Source of the DNA: Raja brachyura
Lineage: Eukaryota
Direction: 5' to 3'
Assembly: GCA_963514005.1 (NCBI GenBank)
Contig: OY740793.1
Span: 21,142,001-21,206,000 of the forward strand
DNA: 64,000 bases
Shown here: piece by piece, positions 34,590-48,069 of the stretch
How positions within the stretch are numbered: the first letter of the stretch is position 1
Layout of the letters: each line of letters begins with the position of its first letter
Program-made: the position numbers and the translations under genes
Notes under the pieces: model-generated
What the model was told of the DNA's origin: nothing
The model's database searches: none
Seen by the model: only the letters and a program-made list of their open reading frames with translations

Positions 34590-37500
34590 AATGGGAAGAA
34601 GAGGAAGGAGGTTCTCCAACGTGAGTTCAGAGAGTTAGGAAGAAGACCGAAAAGCAGGACTTCTAGGGTGGTTATATCTGGATCGCTTCCAGTACCTCGT
34701 GCTAGTGAGGACAGGAACAGGGAGATAGGGGATCGGAATGTGTGGCTGAGGGGCTGGAGCAGGAAGCAAGAATTTAAATTTACAAACCACTGGGATCTCT
34801 TCTGGGGTAGGTGGTGACTTGTGTAAAAGGGACGGGTTACACCTTAACTGGAGGGGGACTGACATTCTGGCAGGCAGGTTTGCTAGGGCTACACGTGTGG
34901 GTTTAAACTAAATAGTGGGGGGAGGGATTGACAAATTCGGAGTATAAAGATGGAGTTGAAGGGGAAGTGAGTACAGGAAAAATTAGAAAGATTCTCGAAT
35001 TAATGGGAAGGAAATTTCGAGAAGGGATAAAAGAGTAAGGTCAGGGCTAATTGCGAGCGGTGCGAGGGGGGACGTGAATACGGAGGTCAAAGTGTTGTAT
35101 ATGAATGCGCGAAGTTGGACGAACTTGAGGTTCAGTTAGAAATTGGCAAGTATGATGTTGTGCGAATTAACAGAGACATGGCTGCAAGAGGGCCAGGGCT
35201 GGGAACCGAATATTCAAGAGTATACCTCCTATCTAAAAGACAGACAGGTGGGCAGAGGGGGTGGGGTACGTTTGTTAGTGAGGAATGAAATTCAGTCCCT
35301 TGCAAGGGGTGACATTGAAACAGGAGATGTGGAGTCAGTATGGATAGAACTAAGGAATTGTAAGGGTAGAAAGACTCTAGTGGGACTTATCTACAGGCCC
35401 CCAAACAGTATCCTGGACATAGGGTGCAAGTTGAATCAGGAGTTAAAATTGGCATGTAGCAAAAGTATTGCTGTGGTTGTTATGGAAGATTTCAACATAC
35501 AGGTAGACTGGGAAAATCAGGTTGGTACTGGACCCCAAGAAAGGGACTTTGTAGAGTGCCTTTGTGATGGATTCTTAGAGCAGCTTATATTGGAGCCTAC
35601 CAGGAAGAAGGCAATTCTGGATTTAGTGTTATATAATGAACCGGATTTGAAAAAGGAATTTGAGGTTAATGAGCCATTAGGAGGTAGTGACCATAACATA
35701 GTCAGGTTTAATCTATAATTGGAGAGGGAGAAGGGTAGATCGGAGGTGTCAGTGTTACAATTGAATAAAGGGGACTAAGGGGCCATGAGGGAGGAGCTGG
35801 CCAAAGTTGACTGGAACGATACTCTAGCAGGGATGACAGTGGAACAACAATGGCAGGTATTTCTAGGAATAATACAGAAGGTGCAGGATCAGTTCATTCC
35901 TAGGAGAAAGAAAGATTCCAAGGGGAATAAGGGGCGATCGTGGCAGACAAGGGACATCAGGCTAGGTATAAAAATAAAAGAGAAGAAGTACAACATAGCA
36001 AAGATGAGCGGGAAGCAAGAGGATTGGGTAATGTTTAAAGAGCAACAGAAGATAACTAAAAAGACAATACGGGGAGAAAAGACGAGGTATGAAGGTAAGC
36101 TAGCCAAAAAAGGAGGATCGTAAATGCTTCTTTAGGTATGAGAAGAGGAAAAAAATAGTTAAGACCAAAGTTGGACCCTTGAAGACCGAAAAAGGTGAAT
36201 TTATTATGGGGAACAAGGAAATGACAGATGAGTTGAACAGGTACTATGGATCCGTCTTCACTAAGGAGGACACAAACAATCTTCCTGATATAGTAGTGGC
36301 CAGAGGATCTGGGGTGATGGAGGAACTGAAGGAAATCCATATTAGGCAGGAAATGTTGTTGGGTAGACTAATGGCTGATAAATCCCCAGGGCCTGATAGT
36401 CTGCACCCCAGGGTACTTAAGGAAATGGCTCTAGAAATCGTGGATGCATTGGTAATAATTTTCCAATGTTCTATAGATGCAGGATCAGTTCCTGTGGATT
36501 GGATGGTAGCTAATGTTATCCCACTTTTTAAGAAAGGCGGGAGAGTGAAAACAGGGAATTATAGACCAGTTAGCCTGACATTGGTGGTGGGGAAGATGCT
36601 GGGGTCAATTATAAAAGATCAAATAGCCACACATTTGGATTTACGAAGGGGAAATCATGCTTGACTAATCTTCTGGAATTTTTTGAGGATGTAACTAGGA
36701 AAATGAACAAGGGAGATCCGGTGGATGTACCTGGACTTTCAGAAACCATTTTTGATAAGGTCCCACATAGGAGATTAGTGGGCAAAATTACGGCACATGG
36801 TATTTTGGGTAGAGTGCTGACATGGATAGAAAATTGGTTGGCAGACAGGAAACAAAGAGTAGGGATTAACGGGTCCCTTTCAGAATGACAGGCAGTGACT
36901 AGTGGGATACTGCAAGGCTCTGTGCTGGGACCGCAGCTATTTACAATATACATCAATGATTTGGATGAAGGGATTCAAAGTAACATTAGCAAACTTGCAG
37001 ATGACACAAAGCTGGGTGGCAGTCTGAACTGTGAGGAGGCTGCTATGAGAATGCAGGGTGACTTGGACAGGTTGGGGGAATGGGCAGATGCATGGCAGAT
37101 GAAGTTTAATGTGGATAAATGTGAGATTAACCACTTTGGTATCAAAAACAGGAAGGCAGATTACTATGTAAATGTCGTTGTTGGGAAGTACAACGGGATC
37201 TGGGGGTCCTTGTTCATCAGTCTATGAAAGTAAGCATGCAGGTACAGCAGGCAGTGAAGAAAGCAAATGGCATGTTGGCCTTTCTAACAAGAGGAGTCGA
37301 GTATAGGAGCAAAGAGGTAATTCTGCAGTTGTACAGGGCCCTAATGAGACCACACGTGGCGTATTGTGTGTAGTTTTAGTCCCCTAATTTGAGGAAGGAC
37401 ATTCTTTCTATTGAGGGAGTGCAGCATACAAGGTTAACAAGGTATTAGGTTTACAAGGTTAATTCCCGGGATGGCGGGACTGTCATATGCTGCGAGAATG

Positions 37501-37927
37501 GAGCGGCTGGGCTTGTACACTCTGGAGTTTAGAAGGATGAGAGGGAATCTTATTGAAACATATAAGATGGATAAGGGTTTGGACACGCTAGAGGCAGGAA
37601 ACATGTATCCGATGTTGGGGGAGTCCAGAACCAGGGGCCACAGTTTAAAAATAATGGGTAAGCCATTTAGAACAGAGATGAGGAAACACTTTTTCTCACA
37701 GAGAGTTGTGAGTCTGTGGAATTCTCTGCCTCAGAGGGTGTTGGAGGCCGGTTCTGTGGATACTTTCAAGAAAGAGCTAGATAGGGCTCTTAAAGATAGC
37801 GGAGTCAGGGGATATGGGGGGAAGGCAGGTATGGAGTACTGATTGGGGATGATCAGCCATGATCTCATTGAATGGCAGTGCTGGCTCAAAGGGCCGAATG
37901 GCCTACTCCTGCGCCTATTGTCTATTG
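34590..37927 (+). mobile_element. CR1 LINE, long degenerate copy (end of ORF1 esterase, APE, RT, 3' UTR)
   Basis: ORF1 SGNH-like VVISGSLPVP..WLRGW..NHWDLFWGR; APE TETWL, IYRPPN, LGGSDHN; RT KSPGPD, NYRPVSLT, QGSVLGP, ADDTKLGG; tail CTATTGTCTATTG; many stops and frameshifts. Confidence 0.93.
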
Positions 37928-38799
37928 GGATATATAAGTGCCTATTTGTGGCTAATGGGATATATCAGTCCCTATTCCTCCTCACAATTCCAAGACAAAT
38001 GCCCTATATTTGTACATTAAGAACAGGACTCTCACAAACACAGGAATGGAAATTTTGATCAATGCATTGCTGAAATCGAACCTGAGGAAAGTGAATAAAA
38101 AATATGAGCAGTTCAGGAAGTTAATTCTTCAATGTTTTCATTAATTTCACAGCATTTCACACAGGAAATGTTGCACAATGAGATTCTTTATCAACTTCCT
38201 CGTTATTATTACTCATTTACTCTATTTATGATTTTGACCATATGGCAAAGATGTCCAGCTGAAAAGAGAAGCAAATTGGAGAATGGAAACAACCTTCAGA
38301 ATTAGCCTTGCCATCGATACATTCATCTCAATCTGTAGTTGTAAATGCAACATATAGTCACATCAGGACATTACCGTCTGGCTCAATAATTGATTCCACT
38401 GAAGTCAATGGAACCAATCTGTCAGTGGAGGCAGAGCACAATACTCGGACAAGATGGCAGTGCATTTACCACCACAAAGTGGGAATAAATTTCTAAGCTA
38501 CCTTTTAAACGCATCTCGGCAATAGTCTTCAAACACACACCCTGCTTGTAAATGATCTGACTTACAGAAATCTAAATTTATGCAAATTCTCCCATACATT
38601 TTAAAGACTTTTCAAGCTAGTCATAATAATAATAAATTGCTACATAATATTCATTAATGACTGGAAGCAGTATATATTCCATTATCTTAATTATGTGTAG
38701 TTTGGATGATTATTCAGTGAAATGAATGAATTATATCAAATCTGTGCAGAGCGATATGATACCTGTAGCTATAGAACACGGATGATTTTGTCTTATGAA

Positions 38800-39842
38800 G
38801 AAATGGAGTATGAAGGAAATAGAGAACTTATTACCATGTTGTCAGGACAACAACCTCTGTCTCAATGTCAGCAAGACGAAGGAGCTAGTTGTCGACTTCA
38901 GGCTGCATGGTGGAGTGTGTGCCTCAGTCGGCAACAATGGTGCCAAAGTGGCTGAGAGCTTGGTGCTAATATTACCAATTAAAGCAACTGCTAAGAAGGC
39001 ACACCAACGTTTCTACTGCTTGAGGAGACTGGGTAAATGAGGAGCATGTCTCCAGTGAGTCTTACAAACTTCTACATATGCACCATAGAAAGCATATTGT
39101 CAGGATGCATCACAGCTTGGTTTGGGTAGACAAAAATGCTGGAGAAACTCAGCGGGTGAGGCAGCATCTATGGAGCAAAGGAATAGGTGATGTTTCTTCA
39201 GTCTAAAGAAGGTCTCGACCCGAAATGTCACCTATTCCTTCGCTCCATAGATGCTGCCTCACCCGCTGAGTTTCTCCAGCATTTTTGTCTACCTTTGAAT
39301 TTTCCAGCATCTGCAGTTCTTTCTCAAACAGCTTGGTTTGGGAACAGCTGTGCCCAAGACCACAAAGAATTACAAAGAGTTTTGGGATTACCCAGACCAT
39401 CACACAAACTACACACTTCGCATCATGGACTCCATCTACATCACACTGCCAGGGAAAAAGCAGCCAACATAATCAAAGACGTCCCACACCAATCATTCCT
39501 TCTTCTCCCTGCTCCTGTTGGGCAAAAGATGCTTGAAAACATGCACCACCAGAGGAACAGCTTCTTCATCTCTGTTATCAGGCTTCTGACCAGTTCTTCC
39601 ATAAGCTGGGGTACTGTCTGATTCATCTTTACCTCATTGTGGACAAAATACTTTGTCTATGGAACTGGTGCATTACAATGCGGAGAACTGTATTCTGCAC
39701 TGTATCTTCCCCTTTGTTCTACCTATTGTATTTGATTAGTCTTGATTGTATTTATGGATGTATTATCTGATTTGCTTGGATAGCTTGATAAACAAAAGAT
39801 GTTCACTGCACCTTGGTATATGGGACAATAATAAACCTAGAC
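38800..39842 (+). mobile_element. Rex/Babar-like LINE 3' fragment (interrupted by a Penelope fold-back)
   Basis: NNLCLNVSKTKELVVDFR..KKAHQRFYCLRRL; tail TTCACTGCACCTTGGTATATGGGACAATAATAAACC. Confidence 0.75.
39127..39327 (+). mobile_element. Penelope-derived fold-back mini-element
   Basis: Inverted pLTR arms; TSD ACAGCTTGGTTTGGG at 39112-39126 and 39328-39342. Confidence 0.85.
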
Positions 39843-39894
39843 CTCAGTACCTCCTACATTCACATCAAATCATTAATTGTAAAAGTTCCCTTTG

Positions 39895-40190
39895 GATGGC
39901 ATATAGGGGGCTCCATCGAGTATGGCTGCCCTGCCTGCAGCTGTTAGTCCTTTCACCTTTTTAGAAAATGTGTAGTGTTAAAAAGTGTTTGTTTTGGAGG
40001 TCTAATCTTTTTTATTGGGGGGGGGGGGGGGAGGGGGACACTGTTTTTCTCAGTCCCTACCTGGTCGGAGATTCAGCTTTTCTCCGAGCCGTATTTATTC
40101 ACCCCTTCCTCACGGCCTAACAACGGGACTGGAGCGGCATTTCCTGCCAGGACTGGCCAGGACTTCAGCTTCAGCGGCAGCACCATCACA
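39895..40190 (+). mobile_element. 5' part of a related GC-rich retroposon
   Basis: GGCTGCCCTGCCTGCAGC, T-rich stretch, poly-G, CGGCCTAACA: same layout as 57140-57360 and 53620-53700. Confidence 0.5.
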
Positions 40191-42787
40191 GAGCAGGCAT
40201 TGCCTTATCTGCCTTCACCATCACATCAAGCCACACATTCCAGATGTCAACCACCCTCTGCATTAACACATTCCCCCCTCAGATCCCCTCTAAACTTCTT
40301 GCATACTTATTAAGTTAATGCTAATATTCTCTTGCCTTGAAAACACTCACTGTAGGAAGATTTTTTACTATCTACCCTATCTATTCACCTCATATTTTTA
40401 TTTACTGTACCAAGGATTTAACAGGGAGAATCAACCCAGTCTATCAGGTTGGTTTTATAACTAAAGTGCTCCAGTTCCAGCAGCATCCTGGTGAAGCTCT
40501 TCTCGGGTGCAAACACATCATTCCTTTAGTGTGCCAACCAGAACTGCAGGTGTGTGTAGGTGTAATGCAGGTGTGTTCTAACCAATGTTTTATAAAGTTG
40601 CATCATGACGTCCCAGCCTTTATATTCTATGAGAATAAACATCCGCATTCTTTCTTCACCATTTTATCCATCTGTGCTGCCACTTTCAGAGATCTTTGGA
40701 CTTGTACACCAAGGACCCTCAATTCATGAACACTCTCTGGGGCTGTATCCTTTACTCTGTATGTCTCACCCTTGTTTCTCCTCCCAAAATTGCATCACCT
40801 TGCACTTGCCTGGATTAATTTTTATTTGCCATTGCTCTGCCCATTTCGCCCATTAATCCATGTCAAGGCGTAGCCTTAGAACAAACTTGCTCAATATCTA
40901 CAATACCACCAATGTTTGTATTTATTATAGCTCTTATATTCACGTCCAAGTTGTCAATGTATATCATAAACATTAAGAGTTCCAGCATATCAGTATCTTA
41001 GTTTTTTCACCACTGGTCACAGATCATCATCCAGAAAAGCAGCCCCTCAATAACACCCTCTACCTCTTAAAACTGTTTTTTTTTAATCCTAAAGACAGTT
41101 TTGGATCCATTTTACCAAACTGCCCTTAAAATTGTTGGCCTTGCCTTTCACCTGATACTGGAATATGTTGGCTCTGACCTCTTGTTATTTTACTTTTTAA
41201 TGTCTCTCTCTTGTTGCATATGGACTTATTTCCAATTAATTGTGCTTGATCTATTTTTGTCAACTCCATCCTCTTATATTCTTCTTATATAAGGCAAGGG
41301 TATGTGGAAACTTTTATTCAAGAGATGCAGGGATAATCCAAGTAATTAAAGGCCATTTAGTGTAACATCAATGATAGGGAAATTATTATAAACAAATTCT
41401 GAGAATTGTCCTTCAATTCAAGAGGCAATGGTTGATCAGGGTGAGTGAATATGGCTGTGTTATGGAGATAACCTGTCTAACTAACGTGACTGAATTTTGC
41501 AAGGATGAGACAAAGAGTGTTCATAGTGTGGTAATTACGGTTCAGTAACACATTTGGTGAGGTCCTACATGGGAGACTCATGCAGATAGGAAGTACCCAT
41601 TGGATTTAGTGTAATCGTCGGCATTCTCCTTCCTCACATCTCATAGCAGCCTGGGAAACATCTAATCAGGCCCAGTGAATTTATTCACTTTTAATTCCTT
41701 GAGATATCTAATACCTCCTTCCTTTTTATGACAATATGTTCTAGTACTGCAGTGTACCTCTCCCTGAAATCTCCAACTACCACACCTTTTCCACAGTGAA
41801 AATAAATGAAAAATATTTGTCTACATCCCCTCCCACATTCCCAAAGGTAATATGCGGTACCATCCCTTCTCTAGAATGACTATCTTGCAGAGACATCAAG
41901 GAGTGGAGCATTCCAGTAAGTTGATCCCGTGAATACTACAGCAACTATGTGTAGCCAGGTATTGGCATGGATGCCAATCGGAGCAACAGCCCATGTTGAA
42001 CTTGATCATGTCCAATGATTTCATTAGATTTACTAGCAGGTTAAGTGATTATAATATAGCTCTCATTCTTATAATTTATTTTGCAGAGACAGTGAGTTAA
42101 CAGAAGAAAAACAAACATAGGAAACATTGATAAAGAATTACACAGCACACCAGGTGATAGCCAATACATGAAAGTACATAGGCCCAATTAGGTTCATCAT
42201 AGGCATTTAAACCAGGCAACAGTCTGAAGAAATGCCCTAACCTGAAACGTCACCTATCCATGTTCTCCAGAGATGCTGGCTGACTGAGTTACTCCCACAT
42301 ATATTGTCCTTTTGTGTAAACCAGCATCTGTTTCTACATTTAAAACAATGATACCAATTATTGGTATGACTGTATGGCAAATCAAATTCCTCGTATGTTG
42401 CAAAACATACTTGGTTAATAAAGTATGATTATGATTATGAGTCTGATAATTATGATGAAAGGAGATGATGCAAAGGAGCTATGTCAGACATCGGGAGTTG
42501 AGTGCCTTTCACAGGGTTCGGAATGAAGTCCTATGCAATGATATGGTGATGAATAAATGGTGCAGTATTTTGTACTGGAACACCAATGACTACTGCAGAT
42601 ATCTGCACACTTTGACTTAAGTCTGATGTTCATGTGGCTGTGGATGTTTGGATATTGGTTATGGCAAATTTATTTTGTTACATTATTCAGAGTGTTGTAT
42701 GTGCCTGCCTGAAATTCACCATAAAACAATTACTGCTCATATAACACATGTGGTTAAGAAATATTGGTTGCATATGCTTTAAGGAAT

Positions 42788-44401
42788 AAGAAACAAAGAA
42801 ACATCGAAAACAGGTGCAGGAGTAGGCCATTTAGCCCTTCAAACCAGCACCGCCATTCAATATGATCATGGTTGATCATCTAAAATCAGTACCCCATTCC
42901 TGCTTTTTCCCTATATCCCTTGATTCCATTGGAACTAAGAGCTAACTCTTGCTTGAAAATATCCAGTGAATTGGCCTCCACTGCCTTCTAGGGCAGAGAA
43001 TTTCACAGATTCACAACTCTGGGTGAAAACGTTTTTCTTCATCTCAGTCCTAAATGGCCCACCCCTTATTCTTAAATGGTGACCTCTGGTTCAGAACTCC
43101 CCCAAAACCGGGAACATTTTTCCTGCATCGAGCCTGTCCAATCCTTTAAGAATTTAGTATGTTTCTATAAGATCTCCTCTCAACCTTCTAAATTCCGCCA
43201 TCCCAATAATTAACCTGGTGAACATACGCTGCACTCCATCAATAGCAATAATGCCATTCCTCAAATTTGGAGACCAAAATTGCACACAATACTCCAGGTG
43301 TGGTCTCACCAGGGCCCTGCACTACTGCAGTAGGACCTCCTTGCTCCTAAACTCAAATCCTCTCGCAATAAAGCCCAACATGCCATTAGCTTTCTTCACT
43401 GCCTGCTGTACTTGCACGCTTACTTTCAGTGACTTATGTACAAGCACACACAAATCTCGATGCACTTCCCCTTTTCCTAATCTGACACCATTCAGATAAT
43501 AATCCGCCTTCCTGTTCTTGCCACCAGTGATAACCTCACATTTATCCACATTAAACTACATCTGCCATACATCCTGCCCACTCACCCAACCGATCCAAGT
43601 CACCCTGCACCTCATAGCATCCTCCTTACAGCTCACACTGCCACTCAGCTTTGTGTCATCTGTAAACTTGGAGATGTCACATTTAATTCCCTCGTGTAAA
43701 TCGTTAATATATATTGTAAATAACTGGGTTCCCAGCACCGAGCCTTGCGGCACCCCACTAATCATTGCCTGCCGTTCAGAAAAGGACCCATTAATTCTGA
43801 TTCTTTTCTTCCTGTCTGCCAATTAGTTCTCTATCCATGGCAATTCCCTACCCACAATAGCATGTGCTCTCATTTTGCACACTAATCTCCTGTGTGGGAC
43901 ATTATCAAAGCAGATCCACCACATCTACTGGCTCTTCCTTATCCATTCTACTTGCTACATCCTAATAAAATTCCAGTAGATTAGTTAAGCATGATTTCCC
44001 CTCAACTCAAGCATCTTCCCCACTACCGATGTAAGGTTAACTGGTCTATAATTCCCCACTTTCTCTCTCCCTCGTTTCTTAAAAAGTGGAGTTACATTGG
44101 CTACCCTCCAGTCCACAGGAACTGATCCAGAGTCGAGAGAATATTCGAAAATGATCACCAATGCATCCACAATTTCTAGGGCCACCTCCTTGAGTACTCT
44201 AGGATGCAGACTATCAGGTCCTGGGGATTTATCTGCCTTCAATCCCAACAGTTTACCCAACACCATTTCCTGACTAATGTGGATTCCCTTCAGTTCCTCC
44301 CTCCCACTAGATCCTCGGTCCCCTGGTATTTCTGGGAAATTGTGTTTTCCTTAGTGAAGACAGAACCGAAGTACTAATTTAACTGTTCTGCCATTTCCTT
44401 G
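42788..44401 (-). mobile_element. CR1 LINE RT/3' fragment
   Basis: ORFs 43322-43549, 43556-43822 and 43985-44266 with CR1 RT motifs; 3' UTR at 42800-42920. Confidence 0.9.
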
Positions 44402-44782
44402 TTTCAATTGCTAGTACAAATGTTTCGATGTAGGGGTTAGTATATTTTTCTGTATGTTTCTATAAGAATAAAAAGCATTTGTCTCAGCAAAGCGAGCCAC
44501 TATATAAAGAATGCTTCTTTAAAAATGTAAGTCATTTTTCAAGTTAAATAGCTGTAAATAAGTGTTTGTTAGTTGATATGACTGACTTTTCTCCAATGTG
44601 ATCGAGCTTTGATAAGTAAGACAGATCAAAGCAAATGAACTTCCAGAAAATAAATTTCAGGATAAATTGCTGACAGCAATCTATATACATTATTGATAAA
44701 TATTGAGTTCTTATAGAGAAGTCCAATTGATTTGCACTTCAAAACCTCACTAATCACAAATTCAACACAGCAAAAATAGTAA

Positions 44783-45414
44783 AGGGCCTGTCCCACTGAG
44801 GCAATTTTTTAGGCGACTGCCATAGTCGACCACCCTACGACAATGTCTACGACAATGTCGACGACAAGCTACAACAACCTACCACCTAGTCGACGTCAAG
44901 CTATGGCAAGCTACCGACAACCGGCGACCCATTAGGATGTCCACCTACGACAACCTGCGACCACACAGGCGACAACCTACGACAGCCAAAGTCAACCTAC
45001 GTCCATCCGCAACAAGCTATGACAAGCAACGACCTTGTCGGCGACAACTGAAGACAACTGAAGGTGGTTGACGTAGGTTGACGTAGGTAGTCGCCAATGG
45101 AATTCACTGCGGTCAGCACCGGCGATAACCTACGTTACCTGGCGACAACCTACGTCATCCTGGTGACCTACTACCACCACACCTATGTCACGAGATTACA
45201 AGCTACGATCCATGGGGTCAAAACAAATGTCGCCGCTAATGTTGAAAAATTAGCGGCGACCAGAATGACGTTATGACTTGTTGTGAAACTGAGGAAACTA
45301 CTCACGACCATGCAGGCAACATCCCAGCAACCACAAGCGAACATGTGGCGACTATTTGGTGACCGCATACCCTTCTGTAGTCGCATAAAAGATCGCCTAA
45401 GTGGGACGGGCCCT
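44783..45414. mobile_element. PIF/Harbinger-type MITE
   Basis: TIRs AGGGCCTGTCCCACT ... AGTGGGACGGGCCCT; TAA TSD. The empty site GTAAGGGTCTC is seen in the duplicate at ~48421. Confidence 0.92.
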
Positions 45415-47038
45415 TAAGGGTCTCTGTGGAATTAGTTTGCCGATAGTTCACAGCGGTAACTTTTTAGTTATAATCAGTCTAAATGTGATTCAGGGATACT
45501 GCAGAATGTGTCAACAAAATTGGTTTGGACAATATCTGTTTTCTATCAAACAAATTATTTTTACCTTGTTATGATGGAATTATATCAAAATTAATTGACA
45601 TTTTCAATCAGTAACAAGGAATCCATTTTTATTCATTTCTTAAAAATTGGGATTTTCAATTTATCTAGCTTATTAAGAATTTCACATGTCTTTGATGCTG
45701 CCAGAACCAGATAACTGATGCTGAACTCCAAGGTGTCAATAGATGTATTCCCACAGAATATTATTAATCACACCCTGAATTTAGCTAACCTCAATCCCAA
45801 CTCTGCAATTTGACACTGCTTTCAGTCTCTCATAGTCATCAGTGAAATTTACAGTGATCACCTTCTGAAAACATTTTAAAGCATTTATACAAATAATATT
45901 CAAGCATATCCTGGTAAGGAAAGAATACTAGACACTCAAAGAAGCTACCTTTCAGATAAAATATTAAATCAGGAATAGGTCTACTGTCTCAGAAGTACAT
46001 GTTGATTCTAAGGCACAATTCAGTAAAGACATAAGAAGTTCTCAAACTCTCAAACTGGGCAAATCAACAGATCACCTTTCCAGATTCATTAGTTTTATCC
46101 TTCATTACATTGTGAGACAAACTCACTGTTGTGCCTTTAACTTATTTCATGACTATATTTAGCAATTCTTTGCTCCAAAAACGTTTTGCTATATCTTTCT
46201 TTCCCTTTCGAATGTGGGATGCTCCCTTATTGATCGAGAATGGTTTAAATGAGTTCATCTCTAATCATAAAAAAGAAACAAGCACATTGAATACCATACT
46301 CACCAGACAGCTGTCTCTTGATAAGAGAAGTGATGTAACGTCGTGTCCTAGAAGCCGTCACTGATAATACTGTAATTCCATAAAACAGATATCATGTCCA
46401 CATTGAATTAAAAGCAAATTTTGCTGGCTGGCAGTTAATTAAGCCCACAGCAAAGTGAACCTCAAGTATGTTGTCCAGATCTATATTGCGTCCAACAGAA
46501 ACAACTTTCCAAAGAGTAAAAAAAAGAGGAATTAGTGATTTGCAGTTTGCTAGTTGATGTAAAAATAGTTGGACTCCAGCCAATTAATTTAGAGGAAGGA
46601 GAAAAAGTGTTCTGCACATCAAAACTACAAGCTGGGCTCTTCTGAAGTTTTATTACGTAAGTTTCAATTTTAATCTAAGGCTGGTCAATGGCTCTTCCAA
46701 TCAAAAGCTGAGGTTCAGAAATTATGACTTCTTCTATCTGCACCGAGTAAAGTTTCACACAAAGGTCAGCTTCACAGAAATACAGCAATGACAAACCAGA
46801 GCAAAATGCATAATCCAATTTACCTACTAACAAAGGAAACTGTCAGTGTCAGGGAGGCAAAGCCCAGAAATTTGATTACATAACATGGTTTCTTGCAGCA
46901 TTATGTGCAAAGTAAACAACTTTTCTTCAAGTGTAACATTACTGCAATAATTGTTGTCAGACACCCACATAATGAAGTCACTCCCCATGCAAAACGTACC
47001 GAGAACAATGACGGGGAAAATTCCCCATTTTTGGAGCA

Positions 47039-48069
47039 CATTTTTCCTGCATCTAGCCTGTCCAATACTTTAAGAATGTTATATGTTTCTATAAGATCTC
47101 CTCTCACCCTTCTAAATTCCAGTGAATGCACACCCAGTCGACCCATTCTTTCACCATATGTCAGTCCCGCCATCACGGGAATTAACCTGGTGAACCTACT
47201 CCCTCAATAGCAATAATGTCCTTCCTCAAATTCCCTCGTCTAAATCGTTAATATATATTGTATATATATGTGGCACCCCACTAGTCATTGCCTGTCATTC
47301 TGAAAAGGACCCGTTAATTCCTACTCTTTACTTCCTGTCTGCCAACCAGTTCTCTATCCAAGGAAGACACAAAATGCTGGAGTAACTCAGTGGGACAGGC
47401 AGCATCTCTGGAGAGGAGAGAAGATCTCTATCCATATCGATACCCTACCCCCAATACCATGTGCTCTAATTTTGCACATTAATCTCTTGTGTGGGACCTT
47501 GTCAATGTTTTTTTGAAAGTCCAGATACACCACATCCACTGGTTTATCCATTCTACTTGTTACATCCTCAAAAAATTCCAGAAGATTAATCAAGCATGAT
47601 TTCCCCATTCATAAATCCATACTGACTTTGACCGGCCTTGTCACTGCCTTCCAAATGCACTGCTATAACATCTTTAACAATCAACTCAAGTCTCTTCCAC
47701 ACTACCGATGTAAGGCTAACTGATCTATAATTTCCCGTTTTCTCTCTCCCTCCTTTTTTAAAAAGTGGAGTTACATTGGCTGCCCTCCAGTCCAGAGTTG
47801 AGAGAAGATTCAAAAATGATCACTAATGCATCCACGATTTCTAGGGTCACCTTTTGAGTACTCTGGGATGCAGACCATCAGGCCCAGGGCATTTATATAC
47901 CTTCAGTCCCAACAGTTTACCAACACCATTTCCTGACTAATGTGGATTCCCTTCAGTTCCTCCCTACCACTAGATCGTCGGTCCCTTAGTGTTTATGGGA
48001 AATTGTTTGTGTTTTCTTTAGTGAAGACAGAAGCAAAAGTACTAAGTTAACTGTTCTGCCATTTCCTTG
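47039..48069 (-). mobile_element. CR1 fragment (duplicate of 43115-44401, with different internal deletions)
   Basis: RT motifs; same 5' junction GCCATTTCCTTGTTTCAATTG as at ~44390. Confidence 0.88.
47361..47424 (-). mobile_element. Short Penelope pLTR insertion specific to duplicate copy B
   Basis: TSD TCTCTATCCA at 47351-60 and 47425-34; absent at the paralogous site ~43830. Confidence 0.75.

Noticed and set aside
46282-46583. Possible coding exon in the duplicated block (donor-like ACTCAC on - in both copies; ORF 46392-46583)
   Set aside because: No recognisable protein, and copy B has indels and no equivalent ORF.
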